Assembly (NCBI RefSeq): GCF_001465295.1
Contig: NZ_CP011034.1
Location: 1,380,001-1,412,000 of the forward strand
From: Pseudoalteromonas translucida KMM 520
Lineage (GTDB): Bacteria > Pseudomonadota > Gammaproteobacteria > Enterobacterales > Alteromonadaceae
Length of the DNA stretch: 32,000 nucleotides
Direction of reading: 5' to 3'
A program made the position numbers and the translations under genes. The notes beneath the pieces were generated by a model. That model saw nothing but the letters and a program-made list of their open reading frames with translations, searched no databases and was not told the origin of the DNA. Of the stretch, positions 1 through 9,425 are shown one piece after another (positions within the stretch are counted from its first letter, which is position 1; each line of letters begins with the position of its first letter).

Positions 1-2
1 TG

Positions 3-206
3 GCGCAAGCTGGTTTTGATCCAAAAGAGTCAGTTACTTTATGGCAAAACATGAGTAAAGCGGGTGGTGGCGCAACGCCTGAATTTTTATCAACTCACCC
101 AGCACCAGCAAGCCGCATTAAAGACTTGCAAGCACAAATGAGCCAAGCATTAGGAGAGCAAAAAACAGCAAGAGCACAGGGTAAAAACCCACAATGTAAG
201 CTGTAA
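3..206 (+). CDS. 3' fragment of an M48-family (HtpX/LoiP-like) zinc metallopeptidase gene; the start lies upstream of the window
   Basis: Frame 3 is open from the window edge to TAA at 204-206. Hand translation ...GGGATPEFLSTHPAPASRIKDLQAQM... carries the C-terminal STHPxxxxRI motif typical of M48 peptidases. It is absent from the ORF track because it is truncated. Confidence 0.55.
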   Translation, partial: AQAGFDPKESVTLWQNMSKAGGGATPEFLSTHPAPASRIKDLQAQMSQALGEQKTARAQGKNPQCKL

Positions 207-224
207 TCTAGTTTAACTACAAAC

Positions 225-261
225 AAAACTCCCTGTGAGTAATTACTTACAGGGAGTTTTA
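225..261. terminator. Bidirectional rho-independent terminator between convergent genes
   Basis: ACTCCCTGTGAGT-AATT-ACTTACAGGGAGT forms a 13-bp stem with one G.U pair. An A-run flanks the left arm and a T-run the right arm. It lies between the + strand stop at 206 and the - strand stop at 311. Confidence 0.8.
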
Positions 262-310
262 TATTCAGTGCTAACCTTTATTTACTGAGTAAATAGCTAT
301 TGATTAAAGC

Positions 311-1099
311 TTAAAATGTCCACTCAACATGAAGTTGTGGTACCGACTCTGTTACATCAGTGCCAAATTTGTTATGCCAATATTGCCATTCCATCCCTAG
401 TAATAGGGTGTTTTCTTTCATTTCAAGGGCATGACCTAAATCCCAGGTAATGATAGGCTGCGCTAAAAACCACGCACGCACATCTTGACCAAATTCATTT
501 TCACGCTCAGCAATGTATTCAACATGGCCTTTTACATTAAATTTTTGCGCGCCAATCATAAATGGGTAGTCAAACGCAACATCAAACATCCAGCTATTAG
601 TCTCTATTGGTGCGCCACCTTTTGCTACGCCTTCACTGTCATCAATGTAGGCAGTTACCAATGTCTGAAAAAAGTTAAATCCAGGTACATCCCAGCTTAA
701 TTTAACACCCGGTAAGTATTTCATTACCTTGGCGTCTCCTGCTACGTTAATACCGGCGGTTAAACCAACATCAATTAACGCGCCCGAACCAACCTGCTGG
801 CCGGTAATAGCCGATAGGCTAACGGTTGAATACCATTCGCCATAAAAATCACGGTCTTGAAAGCCATCTTCAAGGTCGTCTTTACTGTAATCAATAAAGA
901 AAAAGTTATCGCCGTAATCATAACCAGATGCGTGCTGAATTGAATACACAGCGGTATCTGACTCTTGCTCTGTAAATGGGTTTGTTTGCTCGCCATAATT
1001 AATGTGTAGAGCAGTACTGCTCCAATTAGCAGCAACAGCTGAGGTAGATAAAGCGCAAGTGCTTAAACATAAAGCGGGAAGTAATTTTTTTAGTTTCAT
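311..1099 (-). CDS. Outer-membrane beta-barrel channel, Tsx/OmpK (nucleoside-specific channel) family-like
   Basis: From the internal Met the product starts MKLKKLLPALCLSTCALSTSAVA/AN, a signal peptide. The sequence is rich in alternating aromatic residues and ends in ...HVEWTF, a terminal aromatic typical of OM barrels. FFFIDY and FYGEWY..SLSAITG segments resemble Tsx/OmpK. The start was moved from 1144 to the ATG at 1099. Confidence 0.55.
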   Translation of the reverse strand: MKLKKLLPALCLSTCALSTSAVAANWSSTALHINYGEQTNPFTEQESDTAVYSIQHASGYDYGDNFFFIDYSKDDLEDGFQDRDFYGEWYSTVSLSAITGQQVGSGALIDVGLTAGINVAGDAKVMKYLPGVKLSWDVPGFNFFQTLVTAYIDDSEGVAKGGAPIETNSWMFDVAFDYPFMIGAQKFNVKGHVEYIAERENEFGQDVRAWFLAQPIITWDLGHALEMKENTLLLGMEWQYWHNKFGTDVTESVPQLHVEWTF

Positions 1100-1175
1100 A
1101 ATAATAATAATTAGAGTGACACGCGGGAGCGCTAGTATAAGCAAAGGGAGGTGGTTTGTTAATTATTATATTACA

Positions 1176-1204
1176 CGTTGTAGCTTAATCACTAAGCTAC
1201 AACG
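1176..1204 (-). terminator. Terminator hairpin downstream of the NhaC-family gene
   Basis: CGTTGTAGCTTA-ATCAC-TAAGCTACAACG is a perfect 12-bp stem, 14 nt past the stop at 1218. An AT-rich tract follows on the minus strand. Confidence 0.6.
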
Positions 1205-1217
1205 CAGTAACATTAAT

Positions 1218-2534
1218 TTATGCTTTATTTCTGCGCAGACAAATAACCGCAATCGCACTAAAAGCTAATATAAAGCAGTAGTAAGAAGAAGTTGATACTT
1301 CCCATGGGCTAATTTTAAATGTAGCTCCAAGTAGTAATGCTTGCGCGCCATAAGGCAGTGTACCTTGCGTTACACAGGCAAATATATCGAGCAAACTAGC
1401 TGAGCGTTTGCCTGTAATATTACCGTCATCGGCAAGCTTTTTGGCAATTGGGCCGGTAACAATAATAGACACGGTGTTATTAGCAATACACATATTGCTG
1501 GCCATTACTAACGCCGCAATACCAAGTTGGTCTGCCACTTTTCTATGCCACTTAGCAATCACTTTGGTAATTGATTGGATTTTTTGCGCTATGTAATCCA
1601 GGCCACCATTAAGGCGAATAAATTCAGAAAGACCGCCTATAAACATCGACAGCAAAAATATTTCTTGCATGTCGGTAAAGCCTTTATAAATATCTTTTAC
1701 AAAGCTGGCGCCTTCGTAACTACCAGTAAAACCCATAAGGGCAGCAAAAATAATACCGCTAAGCAAAACTACAAATACGTTAAAGCCCATCACTGCAAGC
1801 ACTAAAATAAAGGCATAAGGCAACACTAATAAAATGTCGTAATCTTTGGTTTCAACAACTTGTGCAGCGGGTGTTAAATATAACAACAACGCAATTGTGA
1901 CAATAGCGGCTGGAATAGCTATTTTAAGGTTTTCTTTAAACTTATCTTTCATTTCACAGCCCTGAGTACGGGTGGCTGCAATAGTGGTATCTGAAATTAT
2001 CGATAAGTTATCACCAAACATCGCGCCCGATACTATAGTACCGGCCATGAGTGCTGGATCTATACCTGTTTTAACCGATACTGCATACGCTATAGGGCCA
2101 ATAGCACCAATAGTACCCATTGAAGTACCCATGGCGGTAGAAATAACGGCGGCAATTAAAAACAATCCAGGGAGTAATAAAGAAGGTGGAATAATTGACA
2201 AACCAGCGTTAACAACTGCATCAACACCACCTGTAGCACCAGCAACAGCAGAAAACGCACCCGCAAGTAAGTAAATTAAACACATGGTAATTATGTTGTT
2301 ATTACCTACACCTTTAATAAAGGTTTCGACGCTTTGGTTGATTGAGGTTTTATTTAAAATAAAAGCCAGAATAATGGCAGGTAAAATTGCTACAGGGGCA
2401 GGTAATTGATAAAAAGCGTAATCAACCCCTTGCGATTGTAAATATAAGCCTGAGCCTAAAAATATCGCTACAAAGGTAAGTAGGGGAAGCAAAGAAAGTA
2501 TTGCTTTGTTTTTGTTAAATGATGGCTGCATCAT
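1218..2534 (-). CDS. NhaC-family Na+/H+ antiporter-type permease
   Basis: The 438-aa polytopic membrane protein has an N-terminus and glycine-rich TM segments (...GATGGVDAVVNAGL..., ...SVKTGIDPALMAGTIVSGAMFGDNLSIISDTTI...) typical of the NhaC family. A GAGGAA SD lies 6 nt before the ATG. Confidence 0.8.
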   Translation of the reverse strand: MMQPSFNKNKAILSLLPLLTFVAIFLGSGLYLQSQGVDYAFYQLPAPVAILPAIILAFILNKTSINQSVETFIKGVGNNNIITMCLIYLLAGAFSAVAGATGGVDAVVNAGLSIIPPSLLLPGLFLIAAVISTAMGTSMGTIGAIGPIAYAVSVKTGIDPALMAGTIVSGAMFGDNLSIISDTTIAATRTQGCEMKDKFKENLKIAIPAAIVTIALLLYLTPAAQVVETKDYDILLVLPYAFILVLAVMGFNVFVVLLSGIIFAALMGFTGSYEGASFVKDIYKGFTDMQEIFLLSMFIGGLSEFIRLNGGLDYIAQKIQSITKVIAKWHRKVADQLGIAALVMASNMCIANNTVSIIVTGPIAKKLADDGNITGKRSASLLDIFACVTQGTLPYGAQALLLGATFKISPWEVSTSSYYCFILAFSAIAVICLRRNKA

Positions 2535-2550
2535 ATTCCTCGTATTATTG

Positions 2551-2587
2551 AAAAAAGATCACAGCCAAAACTCCTCTTTTAGCTGTG
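2551..2587 (-). promoter_or_regulatory. Terminator-like hairpin plus U-tract in the 5' leader of the NhaC-family gene (candidate attenuator or riboswitch expression platform)
   Basis: The minus strand reads CACAGCUAAAA-GAGGAG-UUUUGGCUGUG, an 11-bp stem with one G.U pair. It is followed by AUCUUUUUU and ends about 17 nt before the start codon. The loop is SD-like (GAGGAG). Confidence 0.4.
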
Positions 2588-2839
2588 TTTAGCGAATCCT
2601 CCACTGTATTTAAACTAGGAGACCACTGCGCCCGCAAGCCAAAGACCAAATCGACGCTGAAAAAGAAGTTTAAATGTATAGACGGCTAAAGTAAACTGGT
2701 ATTATTATTTAAATTCAAAGTGTGACCTGACTATTACATGCTATTTAGGTAATATCTAGCCTAGTAAATAGCGTTGATTGATCAATAGTATCTTCGCGCG
2801 ATCCACAAGGTGCTGCAAATTAAAATATTAGGTAAGGTA

Positions 2840-3643
2840 ATGACAAAAAATAGAATCGGTGTTTTTGGTGCCAACGGCAGAATGGGCTCAGCCTTATTAG
2901 AAGCAGCAAGTACAAAAGAGCATAGTGAACTTGCAGCCGCTTATGTGCGCAGTAGTTCACCGTTATTAGGCATTAATGTTAATCAACTAAACAGTGCTGC
3001 AGATAAAATAGTAACCTTTAGTAATGAAGCTAATATAACGAATGTTGATGTATTAATTGATTTTACTTTGCCAGCCGGCATGCGCACGCATTTACAAACA
3101 GCGGTTAAGCAAGGTGTACCTATGGTAATTGGTACCACGGGGCTTAACGAAGCCGATATGAGATTACTACACGAGGCTGCAAACCACATTCCTATCGTAT
3201 TTGCGCGCAATTACAGTGTGGGGGTAAATGTATTACTTAATTTAGTGCAAACAGCTGCCACTAAGTTTGGCGATGATATGGATATTGAAATTTTTGAAGC
3301 GCATCATCGCCATAAAATAGATGCGCCGTCGGGCACTGCGCTGGCCATTGGCGAAGCCATTGCTGATGCAAAAGGCTGGGATCACGACGATGTTGCCGTA
3401 TACGACCGCAGCAAAGTTGAGCAGGCTAAGTCGCAAAATGAAATTGGTTATTCGGTGCTCAGAGGCGGCGACATAGTAGGTGAACACACCGCATACTTCG
3501 CAACAATGGGCGAAAGGCTCGAATTAACCCATAAAGCAAGCTCAAGAATGACCTTTGCATTAGGTGCTATAAGAGCTGCAAGCTGGTTAGTAAATAAACC
3601 GGCAGGACTTTATGATATGCAAGATGTACTAGATTTGAAGTAG
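2840..3643 (+). CDS. dapB: 4-hydroxy-tetrahydrodipicolinate reductase
   Basis: Motifs RIGVFGANGRMG...IDFT.P...GTTG...EAHHRHKIDAPSGTA...GGDIVGEHT...THKASSR are collinear with E. coli DapB. The start was moved to the ATG at 2840, behind an AGGTAAGG SD; the ORF-track GTG at 2810 adds 10 non-conserved residues. Confidence 0.95.
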   Translation: MTKNRIGVFGANGRMGSALLEAASTKEHSELAAAYVRSSSPLLGINVNQLNSAADKIVTFSNEANITNVDVLIDFTLPAGMRTHLQTAVKQGVPMVIGTTGLNEADMRLLHEAANHIPIVFARNYSVGVNVLLNLVQTAATKFGDDMDIEIFEAHHRHKIDAPSGTALAIGEAIADAKGWDHDDVAVYDRSKVEQAKSQNEIGYSVLRGGDIVGEHTAYFATMGERLELTHKASSRMTFALGAIRAASWLVNKPAGLYDMQDVLDLK

Positions 3644-3953
3644 TTAAGTTGTTCTTTCGGCTGTTTGGGTCTGAATAAAGGTACAAGCAGTTATTTATTA
3701 TAATTTACTAAATAGCGTTAGATCTAAAAGAAAACTTAATGTAAAATGCAGCCAATTTGCCAAAAATTAATAATCGCGTGTTTCCAATTATACCCAAGTG
3801 GCTTGAAAAAAGCAGGGTTCAGTGGGAATAAAGTCGTTTAAAGGCAAGAAAAAATGATTAAGGTTTAAAGCTCGTTATCGGCGTCATTTAACACTGTTTA
3901 TAAAATAACTTTATCCACAAAACTCGCTTTAACAATCGCCTGGGTATTGGCGG

Positions 3954-3985
3954 GGCGTTAAGCATTTTGCTTAGCCTCGTTTTTT
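3954..3985 (+). promoter_or_regulatory. Terminator-like hairpin with T6 tract immediately upstream of the carA SD (possible attenuator)
   Basis: GTTAAGC-ATTTT-GCTTAGC forms a 7-bp stem with one G.U pair. CTCG TTTTTT follows, ending 6 nt before the AGGAGG SD at 3992-3997. Confidence 0.3.
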
Positions 3986-4002
3986 ACTGTTAGGAGGTTA
4001 AT

Positions 4003-5139
4003 TTGACTAAATCCGCTCTGTTAGTCCTAGAAGACGGCACAGTGTTTCGCGGTACTGCAATCGGCGCTGACGGCATGTCAGTAGGTGAAGTAGTATTCAA
4101 TACGTCTATGACTGGTTATCAAGAAATTTTGACTGACCCATCATACGCGGAACAAATCGTAACTTTGACGTACCCACATATAGGTAATACGGGTACTAAT
4201 AGCGAAGACGAAGAAGCGAATCAAATATGGGCCAAAGGCCTAGTGATCCGTGATTTGCCACTGCTAGCAAGTAATTTTCGTAGCGAGCAATCGTTAGATG
4301 ATTACTTAAAACAACGTAATATTTTAGGTATTGCGGACATCGACACCAGAAAGCTAACGCGTATTTTGCGTGATAAAGGCGCTCAAAACGGGTGTATTAT
4401 AGCCGGTGACGAATTAGACGAAAACAAAGCGCTTCAAGCCGCGCAAGCCTTCCCAGGCTTAAAAGGTATGGATTTAGCAAAAGTAGTCTCAACCAAGGAA
4501 ATGTTTGAGTGGCGCGAATCAAGCTGGACATTAGGCGCAGGTTTTAAAACCTTAAACGCGGCTGATGAAAAGTTTCATGTTGTTGCCTACGACTTCGGTG
4601 TTAAGCGTAATATTTTACGTATGCTTGTAGATCGTGGTTGTAAATTGACTGTAGTACCAGCGCAAACTTCTGCCGCTGACGTACTAGCATTAAACCCAGA
4701 TGGTATCTTTTTATCTAATGGCCCGGGCGATCCAGCACCGTGTACTTATGCCATTGATGCAATTAAAACGCTTTTAGAAACCGAAATTCCTATTTTTGGT
4801 ATTTGTTTAGGCCATCAATTATTAGCGCTTGCCTCAGGTGCTAAAACAGTCAAAATGAAGTTTGGCCATCATGGTGCCAACCACCCAGTTAAAGATTTAG
4901 AACGTGATGTAGTGATGATCACCGCACAAAACCATGGTTTTGCTGCCGATGAAACTACGCTACCTGATAACCTGCGTGCTACGCACACATCGTTATTTGA
5001 CGGTACTTTGCAAGGTATTCATCGTACAGATAAGCCAGCGTTTAGCTTCCAAGGTCACCCTGAAGCAAGCCCAGGCCCGCACGATGCCGCCCCACTATTT
5101 GATCACTTCATCGATTTGATGCAAGCGCGTAAACACTAA
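4003..5139 (+). CDS. carA: Carbamoyl-phosphate synthase small (glutaminase) subunit
   Basis: The 378-aa product has the class-I glutamine amidotransferase motif GICLGHQLL and HHG.NHPV. The start is TTG, as in E. coli carA, behind a strong AGGAGG SD. carB follows directly. Confidence 0.95.
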   Translation: MTKSALLVLEDGTVFRGTAIGADGMSVGEVVFNTSMTGYQEILTDPSYAEQIVTLTYPHIGNTGTNSEDEEANQIWAKGLVIRDLPLLASNFRSEQSLDDYLKQRNILGIADIDTRKLTRILRDKGAQNGCIIAGDELDENKALQAAQAFPGLKGMDLAKVVSTKEMFEWRESSWTLGAGFKTLNAADEKFHVVAYDFGVKRNILRMLVDRGCKLTVVPAQTSAADVLALNPDGIFLSNGPGDPAPCTYAIDAIKTLLETEIPIFGICLGHQLLALASGAKTVKMKFGHHGANHPVKDLERDVVMITAQNHGFAADETTLPDNLRATHTSLFDGTLQGIHRTDKPAFSFQGHPEASPGPHDAAPLFDHFIDLMQARKH

Positions 5140-5155
5140 TTTAACCGGAGTAATA

Positions 5156-8100
5156 ATGCCAAAACGTACCGACATAAAAAGCATTCTTATCTTAGGCGCA
5201 GGCCCAATTGTTATTGGTCAGGCTTGTGAATTTGACTACTCTGGTGCACAAGCGTGTAAAGCACTAAGAGAAGAAGGCTATCGAGTTATATTAGTTAACT
5301 CAAACCCAGCAACAATTATGACCGACCCTGATATGGCCGATGCGACGTACATCGAACCAATTCACTGGGAAGTTGTAGAAAAAATTATCGAAAAAGAAAA
5401 GCCAGATGCAATCCTACCGACTATGGGTGGGCAAACAGCATTAAACTGTGCGCTTGAATTAGACAAGCACGGTGTATTGGCTAAGCACGGCGTTGAGCTA
5501 ATTGGCGCAACAGCAGATGCAATCGACAAAGCAGAAAACCGCGAACGTTTCGATACAGCAATGAAAAACATTGGTTTAGAATGCCCACGTGCTGAAATTG
5601 CTCATTCAATGGATGAAGCAAGAGACATCATTACACGCATTGGCTTACCGTGTATTATCAGGCCTTCTTTTACTATGGGCGGCACCGGTGGTGGTGTAGC
5701 GTATAACCTAGAAGAGTTTGAAGAAATTTGTGAGCGCGGCTTAGACTTATCGCCAACGAACGAATTGCTCATTGATGAATCACTGATTGGTTGGAAAGAA
5801 TACGAAACAGAAGTTGTACGTGATAAAAACGACAACTGTATTATTGTTTGTACCATTGAAAACTTTGACCCTATGGGTGTGCACACGGGTGATTCGATCA
5901 CAGTTGCACCAGCGCAAACATTAACCGACAAAGAATACCAAATTATGCGTAACGCCTCTATGGCGGTATTACGTGAAATTGGTGTTGAAACCGGTGGCTC
6001 TAACGTACAGTTTGGTATTAATCCTGAAGATGGCCGTATGGTTATCATTGAGATGAACCCACGCGTATCACGCTCATCAGCATTAGCGTCAAAAGCAACG
6101 GGTTTCCCAATTGCTAAAATTGCAGCAAAATTAGCAGTAGGCTACACACTTGACGAGCTACAAAATGATATTACTGGCGGTAAAACACCAGCGTCGTTTG
6201 AGCCGGCAATTGACTATGTAGTTACAAAAATACCTCGCTTTAACTTTGAAAAATTTGCTGGTGCGAACGACCGTTTAACCACGCAAATGAAATCAGTAGG
6301 CGAAGTAATGGCGATTGGTCGTAACCAACAAGAGTCATTACAAAAAGCATTACGTGGCCTTGAAGTGGGCGCAACTGGGTTTAACCCAATTGTGGCGCTT
6401 GACGACCCTAAAGCAAAAGAAATTATCATTCGTGAACTACGCGAGCCAGGTGCAGAGCGTATTTGGTATATTGCCGATGCAATGCGCCATGGTATGAGCG
6501 TTGATGATGTTTACGAGCTGACAAAAGTTAACCGCTGGTTCTTAGTACAAATAGAAGACATTTTAAAAGACGAAGCAAAAATTAGCGACGTAGGCATGGC
6601 AGGTTTAAATGCCGACTTCCTACGTAAGTTAAAGCGTAAAGGCTTTGCTGACCCACGTATTGCAGAAATTGCTGGCGTATCAGAAGCTGAAATTCGTAAA
6701 AAGCGTCATTTGCTAAACATATTACCTGTATATAAGCGTGTTGATACCTGTGCTGCAGAGTTTAGCTCAGACACAGCCTACATGTACTCAACTTACGATG
6801 AAGAGTGTGAAGCTAACCCAACAACCCGTGACAAAATCATGGTGATTGGTGGCGGCCCTAACCGTATTGGTCAAGGCATTGAGTTTGATTACTGTTGTGT
6901 ACACGCTTCGCTTGCACTGCGTGAAGACGGTTATGAAACCATTATGGTTAACTGTAACCCTGAAACGGTATCTACCGATTACGACACCTCAGATCGTTTA
7001 TACTTTGAACCAATTACCCTTGAAGACGTGCTAGAAATTGTACGTGTTGAAAAGCCAGTGGGTGTCATTGTGCAGTACGGTGGTCAAACACCGCTTAAAT
7101 TAGCGCGTGAACTTGAAGCGAATGGCGTGCCAGTGATTGGTACATCGCCAGATGCAATCGACCGTGCAGAAGACCGCGAACGTTTTCAACAATTAGTTGA
7201 GCGTTTAAATCTACTGCAACCAGAAAACGCTACGGTAACGTCAACTGAAGAAGCAATTTTAAAATCAGTTGAAATTGGCTTTCCATTAGTAGTACGTCCA
7301 TCGTATGTACTTGGTGGTCGCGCTATGGAAATTGTATACGACGAGCAAGACTTACGTCGCTACATGACCGAAGCAGTACAAGCCTCAAACGAAGCACCAG
7401 TATTACTAGACCGCTTTTTAGATAACGCGATTGAAGTTGACGTTGACGCAATTTGCGACGGCGAGCAAGTAATTATTGGCGGCATCATGGAGCACATAGA
7501 GCAAGCGGGTGTTCACTCAGGTGACTCAGCGTGTTCATTACCTGCTCATACGCTATCGCAAGAAGTACAAGATGTAATGCGCAAGCAAGTTACTGATATG
7601 GCACTTGAGCTTGGTGTGGTTGGTTTAATGAATACTCAGTTTGCTGTTAAAGATGGCTTAGTGTATTTAATTGAAGTTAACCCACGTGCTGCACGTACTG
7701 TACCGTTTGTATCAAAAGCAACCGGTGTTGCGCTTGCAAAAGTAGCTGCACGTTGTATGGCGGGTCAGTCTTTGGCAAGCCAAGGTATAACTAAAGAAGT
7801 TATTCCTCCATATTACAGCGTAAAAGAAGTTGTTTTACCATTTGCTAAGTTTCAAGGTGTGGATCCAATCCGTGGCCCTGAGATGCGTTCAACCGGTGAA
7901 GTGATGGGTGTTGGTGATACTTTCGCCGAAGCGTTCGCAAAAGCACAATTAGGTGCAAGCAATACTTTACCACGCGGTGGTCGCGCGCTATTATCCGTGC
8001 GTGATAGCGATAAGCCACGTATTGTTGAACTAGCCAGAATCATGACAGACCTTGGTTTTGAAATAGACGCAACAGGTGGCACAGCTGCTGCACTTGAAAA

Positions 8101-8374
8101 TGCTGACATTGCGGTTCGCCGTGTAAATAAAGTATTTGAAGGGCGCCCGCACATTCTTGATAGAATCAAAAGTGGCGAGTATAGCTATATTGTTAATACC
8201 ACAGAAGGTCGCCAAGCGATTGAAGATTCGAAGGTGTTACGTCGTGGTGCTTTACAGCACAAAACCAACTATACTACGACCTTAAATGCGGCGTTTGCAA
8301 ACTGTACAGCAAACCAAGCAGATGACCGTGGGAAGGTGACGTCAGTTCAAGAACTACACCTGCGATTGAACTAA
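5156..8374 (+). CDS. carB: Carbamoyl-phosphate synthase large subunit
   Basis: The 1072-aa product has duplicated ATP-grasp halves ([19 protein letters not shown]... and [19 protein letters not shown]...) and a C-terminal MGS-like allosteric domain. It is collinear with E. coli CarB. Confidence 0.97.
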   Translation: MPKRTDIKSILILGAGPIVIGQACEFDYSGAQACKALREEGYRVILVNSNPATIMTDPDMADATYIEPIHWEVVEKIIEKEKPDAILPTMGGQTALNCALELDKHGVLAKHGVELIGATADAIDKAENRERFDTAMKNIGLECPRAEIAHSMDEARDIITRIGLPCIIRPSFTMGGTGGGVAYNLEEFEEICERGLDLSPTNELLIDESLIGWKEYETEVVRDKNDNCIIVCTIENFDPMGVHTGDSITVAPAQTLTDKEYQIMRNASMAVLREIGVETGGSNVQFGINPEDGRMVIIEMNPRVSRSSALASKATGFPIAKIAAKLAVGYTLDELQNDITGGKTPASFEPAIDYVVTKIPRFNFEKFAGANDRLTTQMKSVGEVMAIGRNQQESLQKALRGLEVGATGFNPIVALDDPKAKEIIIRELREPGAERIWYIADAMRHGMSVDDVYELTKVNRWFLVQIEDILKDEAKISDVGMAGLNADFLRKLKRKGFADPRIAEIAGVSEAEIRKKRHLLNILPVYKRVDTCAAEFSSDTAYMYSTYDEECEANPTTRDKIMVIGGGPNRIGQGIEFDYCCVHASLALREDGYETIMVNCNPETVSTDYDTSDRLYFEPITLEDVLEIVRVEKPVGVIVQYGGQTPLKLARELEANGVPVIGTSPDAIDRAEDRERFQQLVERLNLLQPENATVTSTEEAILKSVEIGFPLVVRPSYVLGGRAMEIVYDEQDLRRYMTEAVQASNEAPVLLDRFLDNAIEVDVDAICDGEQVIIGGIMEHIEQAGVHSGDSACSLPAHTLSQEVQDVMRKQVTDMALELGVVGLMNTQFAVKDGLVYLIEVNPRAARTVPFVSKATGVALAKVAARCMAGQSLASQGITKEVIPPYYSVKEVVLPFAKFQGVDPIRGPEMRSTGEVMGVGDTFAEAFAKAQLGASNTLPRGGRALLSVRDSDKPRIVELARIMTDLGFEIDATGGTAAALENADIAVRRVNKVFEGRPHILDRIKSGEYSYIVNTTEGRQAIEDSKVLRRGALQHKTNYTTTLNAAFANCTANQADDRGKVTSVQELHLRLN

Positions 8375-8383
8375 GGAAATGTG

Positions 8384-8409
8384 CCAAGGCCGTTAAATTG
8401 CGGCCTTGG
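8384..8409 (+). terminator. GC-rich hairpin between carB and greA (no U-tract; partial terminator or RNA-processing element)
   Basis: CCAAGGCCG-TTAAATTG-CGGCCTTGG is a perfect 9-bp stem starting 10 nt after the carB stop. Confidence 0.4.
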
Positions 8410-8427
8410 GATTAAGTGAGAAAAAGT

Positions 8428-8904
8428 ATGCAAACAATTCCGATGACAGTTCGTGGTGCAGATTTACTGCGCAAAGAACTTACCGAATTAAAAACAGTTA
8501 CCCGTCCTAAAATCGTCAGCGATATTGCAGTTGCACGAGAACATGGTGACTTAAAAGAAAATGCTGAGTATCACGCTGCGCGTGAGCAACAGGGTTTTTG
8601 TGAAGGCCGAATTCAAGAAATTGAAGCTAAGCTTTCAAATGTACAAATAATTGATGTAACTAAAATGCCTAATACCGGCAAAGTTATTTTTGGTACAACA
8701 GTTACTATTGTCAACGTTGAAACTGATGTTGAAGTTAAATACCAGATTGTTGGTGATGACGAAGCGAGTATTAAAAATAATCGTATTTCGGTTAATTCAC
8801 CGATCGCACGAGGTTTAATTGGTAAGCAAGCAGATGATGCTGTGAACATTGAAACCCCTAAAGGCACCGTTGAATACGAGATCATCGAGGTTGAGTATAT
8901 TTAA
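8428..8904 (+). CDS. greA: Transcript cleavage factor GreA
   Basis: [18 protein letters not shown]...[27 protein letters not shown]...[12 protein letters not shown]... is near-collinear with E. coli GreA. The start was set at the ATG matching E. coli MQAIPMT rather than the upstream GTG at 8416. Confidence 0.95.
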   Translation: MQTIPMTVRGADLLRKELTELKTVTRPKIVSDIAVAREHGDLKENAEYHAAREQQGFCEGRIQEIEAKLSNVQIIDVTKMPNTGKVIFGTTVTIVNVETDVEVKYQIVGDDEASIKNNRISVNSPIARGLIGKQADDAVNIETPKGTVEYEIIEVEYI

Positions 8905-8926
8905 TAACTCACTTTACGCGTAAATA

Positions 8927-8958
8927 AAAGCCAGTGTATTAGTACACTGGCTTTTTTG
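8927..8958 (+). terminator. Rho-independent terminator of greA
   Basis: GCCAGTGTA-TTAG-TACACTGGC forms a 9-bp stem. TTTTTTG follows and AAAA precedes. Confidence 0.85.
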
Positions 8959-9425
8959 TTTTAAAGTGTTTAAAAGTGTTAAAACAGCCCTTATAAATTA
9001 GCCTTAAAAATTTTACTTTGTTACCATATACAGGCTGCAAATTAAGCAGTTTACTCGGAGATATTTATGAACGATACCGACCATCCCTCTAGATTGAGGG
9101 CAGAAAAATAACCCGTATTGGTATTTATCTTCTATAAATCTACCTAAGCGGTAGAGTAATTTTATTCTTTCCTATTTTTCTTCTCTCAGACACCTAGATA
9201 TAAATAATGAAATTAGCCTTATTACGTGCTGATTATGGTTACTAATGCGCAGGTATTTTAACCAGTCATATAGTTTCATTATTTGATGGTCGTTACCTTA
9301 CGCTAATGTGTTTTACTCCTAGTTAATGACTATTAGTTAAACAGTAGTTTTAACTGTTTGAGCGCCCTGTTATTAATTTAAATAAAACACAATTAGCCTG
9401 ACATTAGCCAATCGGGAGATTCGCC

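Noticed and set aside
2588-2809. Possible lysine riboswitch upstream of the NhaC-family permease (LysW-type arrangement next to dapB)
   Set aside because: I read the minus strand by hand. None of the L-box blocks (AGAGGYGC, GGGAG..CGCCGA, CTGTCACC, GGTGGAGCRCTTCT) are present, although they are unmistakable at 31812-31974. Only the terminator-like hairpin is retained as an observation.
2810-2839. N-terminal extensions in the ORF track for dapB (2810), greA (8416), the S66 peptidase (10422), LysR (13464), LysE (14544) and the porin (1144)
   Set aside because: In each case a downstream ATG has a better SD. It also matches the conserved N-terminus of the family or begins a clean signal peptide, so the longer ORFs are treated as over-extensions.
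5362-8215. Several 60-148-aa minus-strand and alternative-frame ORFs inside carB (for example 5602-6048 and 7852-8169)
   Set aside because: They are shadow ORFs within a highly conserved, confidently called gene. None has an independent start signal.
8960-9425. M-box (ykoK-type) Mg2+ riboswitch upstream of the MgtE-like gene
   Set aside because: No conserved M-box core sequences were recognisable by eye, and the region is very AT-rich. I keep it only as an uncharacterised long leader.
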